Assembly (NCBI RefSeq): GCF_006345805.1
Contig: NC_043005.1
Coordinates: 76,570,001 to 76,634,000, forward strand
Direction of reading: 5' to 3'
DNA length: 64,000 bases
From: Octopus sinensis
Taxonomy: Eukaryota
Position numbers and translations under genes: made by a program. This document shows, piece by piece, positions 49,077 to 61,305 of this stretch. The notes below the pieces were generated by a model, which was not told the DNA's origin, did not search any database, and saw only the letters and a list, made by a program, of their open reading frames with translations. Position 1 is the stretch's first letter, and each line of letters begins with the position of its first letter.

Positions 49077-52000
49077 TATTGTTGTTGAATTTAAAAGTTA
49101 GTAGATTACTGTTGCTGTGTTAATTTAAATCACTGTTATTTTGGTGTCTTTTCAATAAGACGGTTAGTGACCTTCGTGCGAAGGTTGTGTACGTAGTTCC
49201 CCCCCCCCCCGCGGGGGAATTATTGTGTGTCTTCGTGTATGAAACACATCCAAAAACAAAAAAAAAAAAATATTTTTCTACAAACGGCTGCAAAGCCAGA
49301 ATGTCTTTGGAAGGCAGTGAATGCAAACTGGAAGAAAAACTCGAAATGGAATTCCCCATTTCCTATTCACCTATCTCAGGTGATGAAGACTCTCAAGCCT
49401 CGGGTGAGGGAAGCTCGCCGGCGGTGACACCGGAAAAAGAATCGGCGGTAACGCCAGGAAAAAAGGCCCCAGCAAAAAAGTTTGCGGAAGTTGTAGGGCG
49501 CAAACAGAAAAACATAAATATAGAAAACCTGGATAAATATGAAGACCTTCTAAAAAAAGAAGGAAATGAAATTGCAGTTAAAAAAGATGTGGAAAAAAAG
49601 GAAGAGATTGAAAAGAAAAGAATTATTTACAAGACATACAGCATGACTACAAAAGTATACAAAAAGTGGAAGAGTGTAAAATAGAGGAGTGCCTGAAGGC
49701 AATCAGAAAAGATATCACTTATATAAACAGAGGAAGACGGTTCGGAACAGTAGAAGTAAGGTTCAGGACCGAAGAAATAGCTAAGAGGCTATCTACAGAA
49801 CCTCAGAAAGCAGGAAACCTAGTTCTTCTACCCTTGTATAAAGGAAGAAGGACTTCAAAGATAGTGATGAGGAATATTCCCCCAGAGGCGGACGCCTCAT
49901 GCCTGGTGGCGGCAGTGATGCTGGGCCTGAAAGAAAAAATCAACATCCTCCAAGCTACAGTGGAGGAGGAGGGATTTTGGCAGGGCCAGATTATCACAAT
50001 GGCAATACAAGCGGAGGCCCAGACTCTGGAAGAAATACCAGAGGTGCTGAGGCTAGATGAGGAGGAGCGAGTACTAGTATTTGTAGAAGGAAGAAAACCG
50101 AGGTGCTTCGGCTGCGGAAAGAAGGGGCACGTGAGAGCGGAGTGTCAACCGAAACCGCAGGCAGAAGCACCGTCGGAAAAAGAAGAAACGGAGAAGAAAA
50201 AGGAAACCAAAGAGGTGGAAAAAGCTGCAAGTGGTGCAGAAAAGGAAAAAGAAAACGAAAAAGAGGAGGGGTGGTCTAAAGTTACCAAAAAAAAAACGGA
50301 AAACTGAAACCACCCCTCAAGAAGAAGAAAACCTGAAGAAAAGAAAAGAGGTTACTTCTTCATTTATGGCCATTAAGGCTACCAACAACAGACTTGTCAA
50401 TGTGTTGGCAGCCATGGCCAAGGTGGAACGAATAAGAAAAATGAAAGACTTTATCATATACAAAATAGGCCGGAAGGACTACAGGAGGATAAAATCCGAA
50501 TTCTTCCATGACGTGGGCCCTCTGGGACTGGACATGTCTCCATATCTATACGAGGGCCTACGTCGGACTCCCCCACGAGCCAAGGAAAAAAATAAAAGTG
50601 AAGAAGAAGGCGAAACTGTCGAACAAGCCAAACTACTGATATAAGGTAAGTGATGGACTACATTTATGTTGGTTGTTTAAATGTGCGCGGCCTGGGATCA
50701 AGCGGGAAGCAAGGTCGCTTCCTTAATGATATCAGGTCGCGCAATTTGGATGTTATTGTTGCTACAGAAACCCGGTTAAAGGGGCCAAGAGATCTACTCC
50801 CACTGTTTGACGGCTACGAGAGTTTTGTCTCTCCGGCCAGTCCTACAGGCGGGGGTGGGGTGTTGGTCCTACTAAAAAGAAACCGGGTTTTTGAGAAAAA
50901 GTTAATTTTTTCAGACCCAGAAGGTAGGCTGGTCGTCATGGATTTGACGTTCAGTAACGGTAAAGTTATCAGACTGGTTGCAATTTACGCACCCAACAGT
51001 ATAAAAGGGCAAAGTGATTATTTTCGTGATCTAGAAAACTTTCTCGGTACTTCGCATTCATTAATTGTGCTAGGAGACTTTAACACAATTTGCAAAGCGG
51101 ATGTAGATTGTGTTGGCTCGAATGCAGATAGAAAAGGTAACTCATGCTTCCTGGAACTGCTAAGCCGCTTTGAGCTAGCAGATCCTTATAGGTTGGAATT
51201 TCCGAACGCTCCATTGTGGACATGGTCAAACAGCGACGGATCTTCCAGGTCATACATAGATAGAATTCTAATTAGAAAGGTAGACAGTAAAATAGCTAAG
51301 TGTCCACAGTTTTACCCGATCAGCTACAGTGATCATAAAATGGTCACTTGTAAGCTTGACATAGATAAGGTTAGAAATAGAGGATCCGGTTACTGGAAAC
51401 TAAATACGTCCCTTTTGGCGATTAAGGAATACAGAGACCGGATTAGGACCATAATTCAGAGGGCGCTGTCTGGTGCCATCATTAATAACAAATGGTGGTA
51501 CGCCCTCAAACGAGCCATCAAGTTTGAGTCTATTAGATATAGCATAGGAGTAGTGGCTAGAGAGGCTAGAAGGGAAACTACTCTAGTTAAGGAATTAGAG
51601 GAAGCCATGAAAACTGGCTCTGCGGCTCAGGTGGCGTCCAAGAGACTGGTGTTAAACCAGCACCTCGAGGCCAAACACATGGGCTGCATTGTCAGGGCTA
51701 GAATCCGTCATATGGGATGTGAAGGAATCAACGCCGTGAGATGGGCCCGAGTGGTGGAAGCCCGGAATGGCAACGATGCCACGATTCGATCTTTGAAGAA
51801 CCAACAAGGTGAGTTGATAGACGAACCCGAGGAGATGTGTGAGGCCTTTCAGGAGCACTTCGCTCAGCTTTTCGGTGAGTGCGGCGGGCTGGATAGGAGG
51901 AGGGCCTTTACGGACCTACTCGACGGGCTGCCGCGCTTATCGGGGCGAGATGCGGAGGGCTGTGAAGGGCCAATCACGCCTGAGGAGGTGGTGGAGGCAA

Positions 52001-54302
52001 TGGCGGACTGCGGCGCGGGCAAGGCGCCGGGTTTGGATGGTCTACCCTACGAGTTATATAAGAGTATGCCAGACTTGTTCGGGCACCTACTGGCGGAGGT
52101 CTATGCGAACTGGCAGCAGAACGGGTTTATACCCAGATCTGTGCGCCGGGGAGTGGTGACTCTCGTCAGAAAGGACCCGAGCAAGGGGGAGTGCATTGAT
52201 AATTTCAGGCCCATCACTCTGCTAAACACAGAGTTGAAGATTTTGGCCAAAGTGTTATCGAAAAGATTGGCGCGTGTCGCGGATGGTCTGATCGGGGAGG
52301 CACAGACATGTGCCGTTCCGGGCAGAACCATTCAGGATAATCTCCATCTAATGCGGTACACTATAGAGGGGTTTAATAGTGATTCTGGCAAGGGTGGGGC
52401 ACTGGTCCATTTAGACCAATCCAAAGCTTTTGATAGGGTCGACCATCGTTACCTGGTGTCTGCCCTGGCACAGTTTGGGCTGAGCCTTGGCTTCCTCAGG
52501 TGGATTATCCAAATTTACGACAACATCGACTCGGTAGTTCGGGTGAACGGCTTCTTGTCGAAGCCGTTCAAAATCAAACGCTCGGTTCGTCAAGGGTGTC
52601 CGCTCTCCCCGCTTTTGTACGTGATGGCTCTTGAGCCATTACTGCGAAAACTGAGCGGCATCCCGAGACAGCCAGGTAATGGAAAATCAGTGTCAGCGTA
52701 CGCGGACGACATCACCATCATCGTGACCGAAATGGACCACCTATGTAAAGTAGGCAAGGCCATAGAGGATTACGAGACGGTGACAGGAGCAAAAGTTAAT
52801 CGCGAAAAGTCAGTCGGCTTGCAACTCGGCACCTGGAGAGGCAAGTCGATGCCTCCTGACAGCGTCGTGGGACGTTGGACGGAGGGTCCGATTAAACTGC
52901 TAGGGGTCTGGTTCGGTCCAGACCTCCAAATAGAGAAGAATTGGGGCGAGGTAACGAGCAAGGTGGCTGCAGTAGCCAAGACCTGGTCTTGGCGGTGGCT
53001 ATCCTTGAAAGGGAGGGCGGAGGTGGCCAATGTGTTTATCGCATCGGTTATCACCTACCGCCTTTCCGTCGTTCCATGCCCTGATTCGTGGTTGATCAAG
53101 TTGGAAAGACAGCTCTTCTACTTCCTGTGGAAGGGCGGGAAACCACTTGTGAAACGCTCTACTTGCTGTCAACAACCGTTAAAGGGTGGGCTAGGGATGC
53201 CTTGGCTGTTGATGCGCAAACATGCGCTGAGGTTAAGACATCTGTGGCTCTACCTGGATGGTGAACGGGTGTGGTCTTCGCTAGCAGAACGGATGTTTCC
53301 CAAGTTCACTAGTTTCGGTGGATGGGAAACCTGGTTGAATCGTAGATCGAAACTGGGCACATGGTATACGGAGTGTCGAAAGGCTCTCCTGCTATTCCGT
53401 CGCTCGGGCAACGCCTGCGGTGGGGGTTCCACCACATTCTTCTATAGAGGGTTGGTAGAGGCGAAATGTGAAGACACCTTGGGGGAAACCCTGGGTCTCG
53501 ACGATAATCAGCTGGCCAGTCTGTTCCGACGTACGTTCGAGCCGAAGACTCTGGACAACTTCCAGAAGTCTCTGGCATGGCAATGCTACAGAGGAGCTCT
53601 ACCTGTTCGGGATAAACTCGCAAGGCACGGTGGCCAAGACAGTCCGATGTGTCCAAGATGCGGGCGGGATAGGGAAACCGTCCCGCACGCTATTGTTCAT
53701 TGTTCGGTCGTGTCTGAGGTGTGGGTTTATGCCGAACAGCTGTTGTCAAGCACACGAAGAGTACAGCTGTCGACTGAGTGTATTAAAAAAATTGACCCAC
53801 CAGATTTCCTCGCGAAAGAAGGTAAGAATTGTTTTCTCGTTGTGGTAGCAATTGCGAAAGAGGTGATATGGAAGACGAGAATGAAAGGTATACGGTCAGG
53901 CAAGTTCATATCCGGCCCTGGGTTGATGAATTACTTCATCTACCACCTGAAAAGGAAGATAGGGCTGGAGAGAAAATGCCTGACTAAAAGAGTGTATGAA
54001 GAACGATGGAAGGATGTAGCACGGAAGTTGAGAATGGATGACACCACATAAATGTAAATCAGAACGAAACCAAAAGTATCAGTGGTGAGGCGGGGCTCGT
54101 GGGGTCCGAGCTGAACCCGCCCCCACTCCACCTGTAATGTCTTCCGGTCTGTTTTTTTCATTCGATTTTTATAATTTTTGCATTTTTTGTGAATTTTTGG
54201 AATTTTTAAACTCATCCTTTTGTAACCCCATCCGAAAATCTGACCCCACATCAGGTTGTATTGTCCCCTCTTTGTTGGCCCCTTGTGGGTAATAATAAAA
54301 CA
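49077..54302 (+). mobile_element. Unit 5: full-length LINE, partly divergent from unit 1
   Basis: ORF1 49301-50644 with A-run indels near 49652 and 50290; intact ORF2. Confidence 0.93.
50653..54051 (+). CDS. ORF2p, 1132 aa (EN-RT-Cys/His)
   Basis: Intact; differs from unit 1 at a few residues (EFPN/EYPN, FYP/FHP, VAREARR/VSREASR, KEL/KEV, GHLLAE/GLLLTE, GFI/GLI). Confidence 0.97.
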   Translation: MDYIYVGCLNVRGLGSSGKQGRFLNDIRSRNLDVIVATETRLKGPRDLLPLFDGYESFVSPASPTGGGGVLVLLKRNRVFEKKLIFSDPEGRLVVMDLTFSNGKVIRLVAIYAPNSIKGQSDYFRDLENFLGTSHSLIVLGDFNTICKADVDCVGSNADRKGNSCFLELLSRFELADPYRLEFPNAPLWTWSNSDGSSRSYIDRILIRKVDSKIAKCPQFYPISYSDHKMVTCKLDIDKVRNRGSGYWKLNTSLLAIKEYRDRIRTIIQRALSGAIINNKWWYALKRAIKFESIRYSIGVVAREARRETTLVKELEEAMKTGSAAQVASKRLVLNQHLEAKHMGCIVRARIRHMGCEGINAVRWARVVEARNGNDATIRSLKNQQGELIDEPEEMCEAFQEHFAQLFGECGGLDRRRAFTDLLDGLPRLSGRDAEGCEGPITPEEVVEAMADCGAGKAPGLDGLPYELYKSMPDLFGHLLAEVYANWQQNGFIPRSVRRGVVTLVRKDPSKGECIDNFRPITLLNTELKILAKVLSKRLARVADGLIGEAQTCAVPGRTIQDNLHLMRYTIEGFNSDSGKGGALVHLDQSKAFDRVDHRYLVSALAQFGLSLGFLRWIIQIYDNIDSVVRVNGFLSKPFKIKRSVRQGCPLSPLLYVMALEPLLRKLSGIPRQPGNGKSVSAYADDITIIVTEMDHLCKVGKAIEDYETVTGAKVNREKSVGLQLGTWRGKSMPPDSVVGRWTEGPIKLLGVWFGPDLQIEKNWGEVTSKVAAVAKTWSWRWLSLKGRAEVANVFIASVITYRLSVVPCPDSWLIKLERQLFYFLWKGGKPLVKRSTCCQQPLKGGLGMPWLLMRKHALRLRHLWLYLDGERVWSSLAERMFPKFTSFGGWETWLNRRSKLGTWYTECRKALLLFRRSGNACGGGSTTFFYRGLVEAKCEDTLGETLGLDDNQLASLFRRTFEPKTLDNFQKSLAWQCYRGALPVRDKLARHGGQDSPMCPRCGRDRETVPHAIVHCSVVSEVWVYAEQLLSSTRRVQLSTECIKKIDPPDFLAKEGKNCFLVVVAIAKEVIWKTRMKGIRSGKFISGPGLMNYFIYHLKRKIGLERKCLTKRVYEERWKDVARKLRMDDTT

Positions 54303-55134
54303 GATTATTTGATGAAGACTTCATAAATTTTTCAGCGCATTGTAGAGTAGAATGTGATTCCAGTAATTGTCAATAAAGGGCGAATACAATTGTTATTCAA
54401 CTTTTGTTTTGTCTTTATATTTTGACAGAAATGATTATTCTTTAAGCATTGATCTGTCTATCCCCACGCTCTCCCTTCTGATTACCTGTCTTGTCTTGTT
54501 GGATTATTGGCCTGATATGAGTTAGTTTAAACAACTTATGAAAGTTCATACATAATAGTTAGGTAAATAATCAGCTCTTAATTTGTCTCTTAAGTAGGTA
54601 TTGTTCTAATTTTATAATGTACAAGATGGTAAATAAAACAAGGTAATCAAATGTTTTCCATATTTTGTTCTATATTTTCATCTTTGAAACATGTGAAATG
54701 CACCAATAAATTCTTTGATAAATCTCCACTGCAGCCAAAAATGGAAAAAAAATAGAAACATTGCTATAGGGGCTCCGACTTTGGCTTCTTTATATCCATA
54801 ATCGTTGTGCAAAAATAACGAGAGATCTAAAAGAAAAATTAAATACATTTATCCATGGGTGTATCCAGCTGTATCAGGGATTTCAGGTAACCGCTTTCAG
54901 CTGTAATATAATTCTTCCTAATTTTGGCACAAGGCCAGCAATTTTAGGTGTGTGGGTAAGTCAATTACATCAATTCTAGTATTGAAATAGTACTTATTTT
55001 ATCAACTCCAAAGAATAGAATAAAAGTCGACCTCGGTGGAATGTGAATTCAGAACGTAAATACTAATGAAATGTCCCTAAGCATTTTGCTCGGTGTGCTA
55101 GACATTTCTGCCAGATCGCTGGCTCGATTAAGAC

Positions 55135-55545
55135 ACTTTGTTGCTGTTGGCATCCTTTTGTCTCGGGAGACAATGGAGTTGCGCATAAACTAATCCAGTC
55201 TGGTTTTTACATTTCATTGTCCTCTCTAGGTTCCTCTCCGCTTTTTCGCAGGCCAGGGCTACATGTAAGAAAATCCTGGGTAGCCCAATTGTCAGGATTC
55301 CTCTCTTGACTTTGCTGACGTAGTCCAAAAGAATGCAAAGCATTACGTTTGGTACCAGCTTGGTTGCAGGAGCTGCCGGAAGAGTGTCGTGTCGAACACT
55401 AAACCGCCAACGGGGCTCCACTTCAGATTTCTTTGAAGGTTGTCTCCTTTCCGTAACCCTGGAGAGGGGCCCATACCGGGTACTGTCAACCGGAGCCAGC
55501 TGAGACCGGAACTCGTATCAGGCAGGGTAGTCACTCCCTGAAGCA
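55135..55545 (-). mobile_element. Probable LINE 5'-region fragment (RTE-like, uncertain)
   Basis: GC-richer island with sharp edges between two SINE relics; no convincing protein motif. Confidence 0.3.
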
Positions 55546-57399
55546 GTGAAGAAAATCACTACTCATTACTAACAATTAAGACACTAATAATTCTAATTCT
55601 GGCGGAGGGGGCGAATTACATCGACCTTAGTATTTAGCTGGTACATTATTTTATCAACTTCGAATGAATGAAAAGCAAAGGCAGCCTCAGCAGATTTTGA
55701 AAACAGAAAGTAATGGTTAGGAAGAAACACCGCAAAGCATTTTATGCAACTATGTAACGATTCTTCCAGCTCACCGCATTATTCTGCTATATTATAATAA
55801 TCAATCACAATGCATAGACATTTTCACTAATTATGAAAGAAATGTGTAAATGATGCTCTTGAAATTTATAAAGTGTACTTATAATTATCGCATAAATTGC
55901 GAATTGTCCCTCTGGAATGAACTTGTATGTATTCTAAAGTTGAAACATTTTCATGCAATGTTAAATTTCCTACATTTTGTAAGCAAAGGGAGCACTCTAT
56001 GGAATCGACTTGCTGAAAGGATTTTAGTCTCACACCTTACTGGTTTTAGTTAATTGCTGCTTTCTAAAGTTAAATAGCGATTTGCATTAGCGAAAAGTCA
56101 CCAAGTATGCAAGAGAAAGGTATAATAGATTTAATCAGACTAATACATAACCAGTAATTATGAAATGTAAAGTTGACGAAACAATCGGAAGTCTGAGAAT
56201 TGAAGCTCTATATCTCTTTAAGGCTTTTCTGAAAGTTCGTCACTTGTTTTCGCCTATTGGTACAAAACCAGATATTTGGAGAAGATGAAAAGAAAAAAAA
56301 AAGCAATCCATTAAAGTTTATGTTTGGCGCTTGCACAAAAACGGAGACTTTACGTGATCACTCAACTACTAGAATTAATAGTTGCATCTCTCTCAAATCG
56401 CACAAAGAAGGTAATGACACAAATTGGGAAATGTAGTGTGAGATACTGATCCCAAAAACAAGGGACTGTCGTAGCTAGAATTTTTTTCATGACAGATCTT
56501 TTTTGTTTCGGCTTACCTTGAGAATAAACACAACATTGGAGAGAAAAAAGGCAAAAGCAACTCAAGTGATATTAGGATGAAATCAAATTTGCTAAAGTTT
56601 CTACCAGATTAATAATAAATAGCAAATGGCGTACTGTTAATGAATCTTTTTTACGTTTAGAGATGTGGCGATAAGAGTGAACAATAAGAGTTGAATGGAA
56701 CGGGTACAAGATTATGGCATCGCGGAGAATTTAATATTTAATTATGAGCAGAAAAAATATTCCAGTTGCAGAAATGTTGTTCTGAGACATAAATGATATA
56801 TTGACGCTAATTGGGGTAGGGTAAAGTGTCAGGTCAAACACACATATACATACATAAACGCGCACATATATATGTATAAATAGATATCTATATGTATGTA
56901 TATCTATCTATCTATCTATCTATCCACATACGCACATACAAATACACACATGCACATACACACATGCACATACACACACATACACACATGAACATACATA
57001 TATGTAGACACAAACATCTTCAGTGGCACACACATGTATTCTTCGGTTTGGTCGAGGGAATTGGAGTTAACCTTTAACTGATCCAAGCTAAGAGTTATTG
57101 GAGGCGTAAAATAAAGACAATATTGCTCACAAGAGGAGCGATATAAAATAAATAAAAGATATCAAGTGGAATATCAGGGCTCTGGAATGTAGTTGAAAGA
57201 TATTTTGTGAAGAATCTAAAAAGTTGTATTGTAAAACGCATTTAATTAGCCAAACATATCATATAGATTCGAGTTTGTCCTTGGGCTAAATATCCATAAC
57301 TAACAGTTATATCAAAATGGCACAATCACTCTTTTTATGAGTGTAAATCAAAAAATTACATGCAATCTTGTTTCTGTAATTTACTAAAGCAAAAGCGGA

Positions 57400-58613
57400 G
57401 TTTGAAAAATTACGTCATTTTTCGACATACTCTGCTTGCTTTTCGATGCACTTCTTTCAGCTTTTCTCAAGTCTACTTATTCCATAGGAGAATAAGGTTT
57501 TCAGCTGGTCGCATAGCAATTTATTTCTACCGCTTCATGTGTTTCTCCATCCGTAGCAAACCGACGACCTCATAAAGGTTGAGCAGCCCAAAGAGGTGAT
57601 AGTCGGAAGGGGCGAGTCCGAGTTTCTATGCACAGCGTTCCAGCAACTAAAAAAACAGTTTTCACTGGTTCAACAGTTTCGGCAGCCGTTTGTAGGTGTG
57701 CATCGTTGTATAGCAATAACATTTGATTTGGCAATAGACCTCCGCGTTTAGTGCGAATTGCTGATTTCATTTTGTTGGTTAGTATTTCACTGCAGCCGAC
57801 ACTGGTGACTTTAGACCTATTTTCCAGGCAAAGTTCCAGTATAGACTCTTTTGTGTCCCAAAAATTACTTAGCATCAGTTTTTCTGCAGAAGATTTAAAC
57901 TTGAATTTTTGTTATCACTGGCGATTCCGAGTGTTTCCACTCCATACTCTGCCATTTGGACTCTGGCTCAAAGTTATTAACCCATTCCTTCTGTAATAAT
58001 TTCACTTTCATCGTTGTAGCAGTCGAGTAAACGTTGACAAATCTCAACAAGATTGTGCTAATGCGCTTCGACAAGCTCGCTTGGCACTCATCTCGCACGG
58101 ACTTCACGGAAAAAAAACTGGTTGTGTTTGATTTCGTATGCAGAACCATGACTAATTTTCAGAAAACATGACACCTTGTCGATGTTCACGCGTCAGTTCA
58201 CTAGAACCATCGCTCGAGTTTGTTGAACGGTGGAGTATGATTGGCGCCCTGCTTCCTCTTTGTGCTTCATGCATTTTCGGTCAGTTTCAAACTTCTTGAT
58301 CAACTCGTTTGCATGACTACGCGGTTAACAAAATCGCCGAATGGTATCGGAAGCCTCCGATGAATTTCAATCCCTGACACACCTTCAGATCAGAGAAATC
58401 GGACCACGGATCTTTGCTGTTCCTTAGTGCACACTGCCAATAGATTTGCCATCTTTACTCTGTAACACAAGAAATAAAAGTGGTTCGATCAAGGGCAACC
58501 ATTGGTTACGTAACTACAAAAGTAATACCAGTCAAAACACGAGTGTTGAAGACAGCGCAGCCAACCGAAAGAAATTTTTGGTGAAGGTGCGGATAACTTT
58601 CGGGTTCCCCTAA
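57400..58613 (-). mobile_element. Degraded mariner transposon
   Basis: Minus-strand peptides WVNNFEPESKWQSMEWKHSESP, AIRTKRGGLL..MLLLYNDA, GLAPSDYHLFG; terminus TA|TTAGGGGAACCCGAAAGTTATCCG at 58613; other end not recognised. Confidence 0.85.
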
Positions 58614-59379
58614 TACTATGAAATGGCACTACACACGGCTCCCTATGACCACAGGATTTATGAGAGCAGGAAACAAAAGCTTTTTAAATATGTGTATTCG
58701 ATATTAATTTGTTACTGTTCGATCTAAAATTCAAACTTCTAACCTGCCATGATTAATCTGGAAGTGGTTATACCCTTATAATTACTGCCGCCAGGGTATA
58801 CCACGTGATCAGATTACTTCATATAATTTCCTGTTGAATCATTAACTGAATATTTTTCATCAAATACCAAATCAGTTGAGTCATTTCCAACTAATTATCG
58901 AATGAAACTTAAAATGGCAGCATGTTTCTTAGTAATCTAGTGTTTTCTATAATATTCTTTCTATAAATAAAAATGTAAAAGCTTACTTTTTTAATTCTCT
59001 GTCCATATATTATATTTATATTCTATTAAACATTGAAAGATACCGCAGTTGTTCTAAATGAAAATAAAATGTTACCACACCAAAATAAAGATTTGTATTT
59101 CCTGTCTAGACGCTATTTCATTTCACACAATCGAAATAATGTTGAGTTTGTGATATTATAAATTTTGTATATGTCTCTACGTTTTATGTTTCACACAGGA
59201 AATAAATGTGTATCTAACAGGTAAAACAATCGCGACTAAAATTTCATTACAATGTATAATTTCTTTGTGTTTCTCAAATGCCATTTTTACGATAAATGAT
59301 TATAACAGACGACAATCAAAACAAATGGTATTTAAGTGAAATGTTGGACACGCTATATATACATACATTCATACATACA

Positions 59380-59412
<33 letters not shown>

Positions 59413-59479
59413 CCATAATCTTGGGATGAGCCGAGCAATTGTTAATAAACCAAACTTCATGTAGGAGGGTGGGAGCATA

Positions 59480-60655
59480 GAAGGAACCTAATTTCAATGT
59501 GGTTAGACTACAAAAATACCCTTGTTTCTGTTCCCCACTCATGGATGCTAGAAATCCTTCGACATACTAAAGTTCCAGTGAGTATAGTCAAAGCCATTGC
59601 TGACCTCACTTCGTCGTGGGCCACTATCGTGAAGTTAAATGCAAGAAGTGAATGTATTATCACCGATAGAATATAGTATCGCAGAGGTATATTCCGAGGG
59701 GACAGCCTGTTTGTGATGTTGTTTATACTTTCTGTAAACCCATTGTCATTCATGTCAAAGAAGTCTGAAGGATATCTCATAGGTTCACAAAAAGAATAAA
59801 AAAAAACGAAAGACAGAAATACCGAAATTACACACTGTTTCTTTGTGAATGACTTGAAACTATATGCCAAGATTATGTATAAGTTGAAAAATAGCCTTGA
59901 ACTGGTTACAATATTCTCAAAGGATATAGGGTTGGCGTTTGATCAAGATAAATGTTGCTATATGGTTGTGAAAAGAGGGAACGTTGTAAGCAGACTAGCA
60001 ACAACTCCATTGATAGCTTAACTGTTTCCCCTATATCTGAAGAGGAATTTTACATGTGTCTAGGGGTGGATGAAAACATATCTTTCGATGAAACTTGTAC
60101 TCGTGCCAACATTTGGCAGCTTGATAAGACGCTTGATAAAAACCGAGCCACTGGTGTGAAAACCCAGAAGATACTAGCCAACACCTATAATTTCCACATC
60201 AACAGTAACGTAGACCGCTTCTACCTAAAACAAAAACAAAGGAGTAGAGGCTTAACATCGATCCAGACTGCCGTATCATATCCCTATCAAGTCGTATCAC
60301 ATCCCTTCGACAACATCTTTCAACTACCAAGTATCGAAGTGCATCCCTTGACCAACTTTGCATACATGAGGTTGATAACATTATGAGACTCTGAAAGCAG
60401 CTCCGTGAGCAGCATTCTTTGATAACCTCAAATTGATAACCTCAAATACATGCCCAAAGAAATCGTACGACTCTACTGCAACATATCATCGAATGAAAGA
60501 GTGAGCGCATATTAGCAGAAGACAATGCATTGATATGTTAGTAGAAAGGTCCGGGTTGATAGTAACATTAATTATTAAAGCAGTCTCTATCATGGATCAA
60601 TAACCAGATTACTATCTCTCACTTTGAAGGTTATCCATTTTCAATCCAGGAACAT
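59480..60655 (+). mobile_element. R4/Dong-like (RLE-type) non-LTR retrotransposon RT relic
   Basis: Manual translation: WLDYKN..SVPHSW, RRGIFRGDSL, NPLSF, ITHCFFVNDLKLYAK, FSKDIGLAFDQDKC, NSNVDRFYL..SRGL, HFEGY..SIQE; multiple stops and frameshifts. Confidence 0.75.
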
Positions 60656-60815
60656 GGAATATCAACGAATAGCTGATGCGCAACAAAGGGCAGAAACGCT
60701 AAGCATTTCTCCCGGCGTGCTAACGTTTCTGCCAGCTCGCCGCCTTCCTGTTCCCCTATGTCAACGTTCGAATCTACGGCATCGTATTAAGAATAAATAT
60801 GCAATTCATCGTAAA

Positions 60816-60854
<39 letters not shown>

Positions 60855-61071
60855 GCATGGGTTGGACGGTTTGACCAGGGCTGGTAAGCAGGAAGACTGC
60901 ACCAGACCCCAGTATGATCTGGTATTGTTTTCTACGGCTGGATGCCCTTCCTAACACCAACCGCTCCGAGAGTGCCACCGACATGGGTATCATTTGCGTG
61001 ACACCGGTATCTGCCACGATTGCGATTTTGTTTGACATAATGACAAAGGTCTCGGTGATTGCCGCTATCTG

Positions 61072-61103
<32 letters not shown>

Positions 61104-61144
61104 TCAGAATGAGATTGAAACAGTAATCGCTCGATGGCTTCTAT

Positions 61145-61189
<45 letters not shown>

Positions 61190-61251
61190 GTGTATGTGTG
61201 TGTGTATCTCTGTGAGTGTTGTGCGTTCATTGATAGAGTAACAGACATACA

Positions 61252-61305
<54 letters not shown>

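Larger units (their letters stand above)
33084..54318 (+). repeat. Head-to-tail array of five Tx1/L1-clade retrotransposon units punctuated by six copies of the 16-bp TSD GATTATTTGATGAAGA
   Basis: TSD at 33084-33099, 38336-38351, 41910-41925, 45483-45498, 49061-49076, 54303-54318; periods 5252, 3574, 3573, 3578, 5242 bp. Confidence 0.96.

Noticed and set aside
33570-50300. Frameshifts in ORF1 of units 1, 3, 4, 5 and variable poly-C length (about 9-18) in the 5' UTR as programmed frameshifting or regulation
   Set aside because: All lie in homopolymer runs and differ between near-identical copies; long-read indel error or slippage is more parsimonious. Unit 2 is intact.
33084-54318. CRISPR-like or LTR-like interpretation of the recurring 16-mer
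   Set aside because: The spacers are kilobase LINE copies, and the 16-mer continues seamlessly into unique flanks on both sides, as a TSD does.
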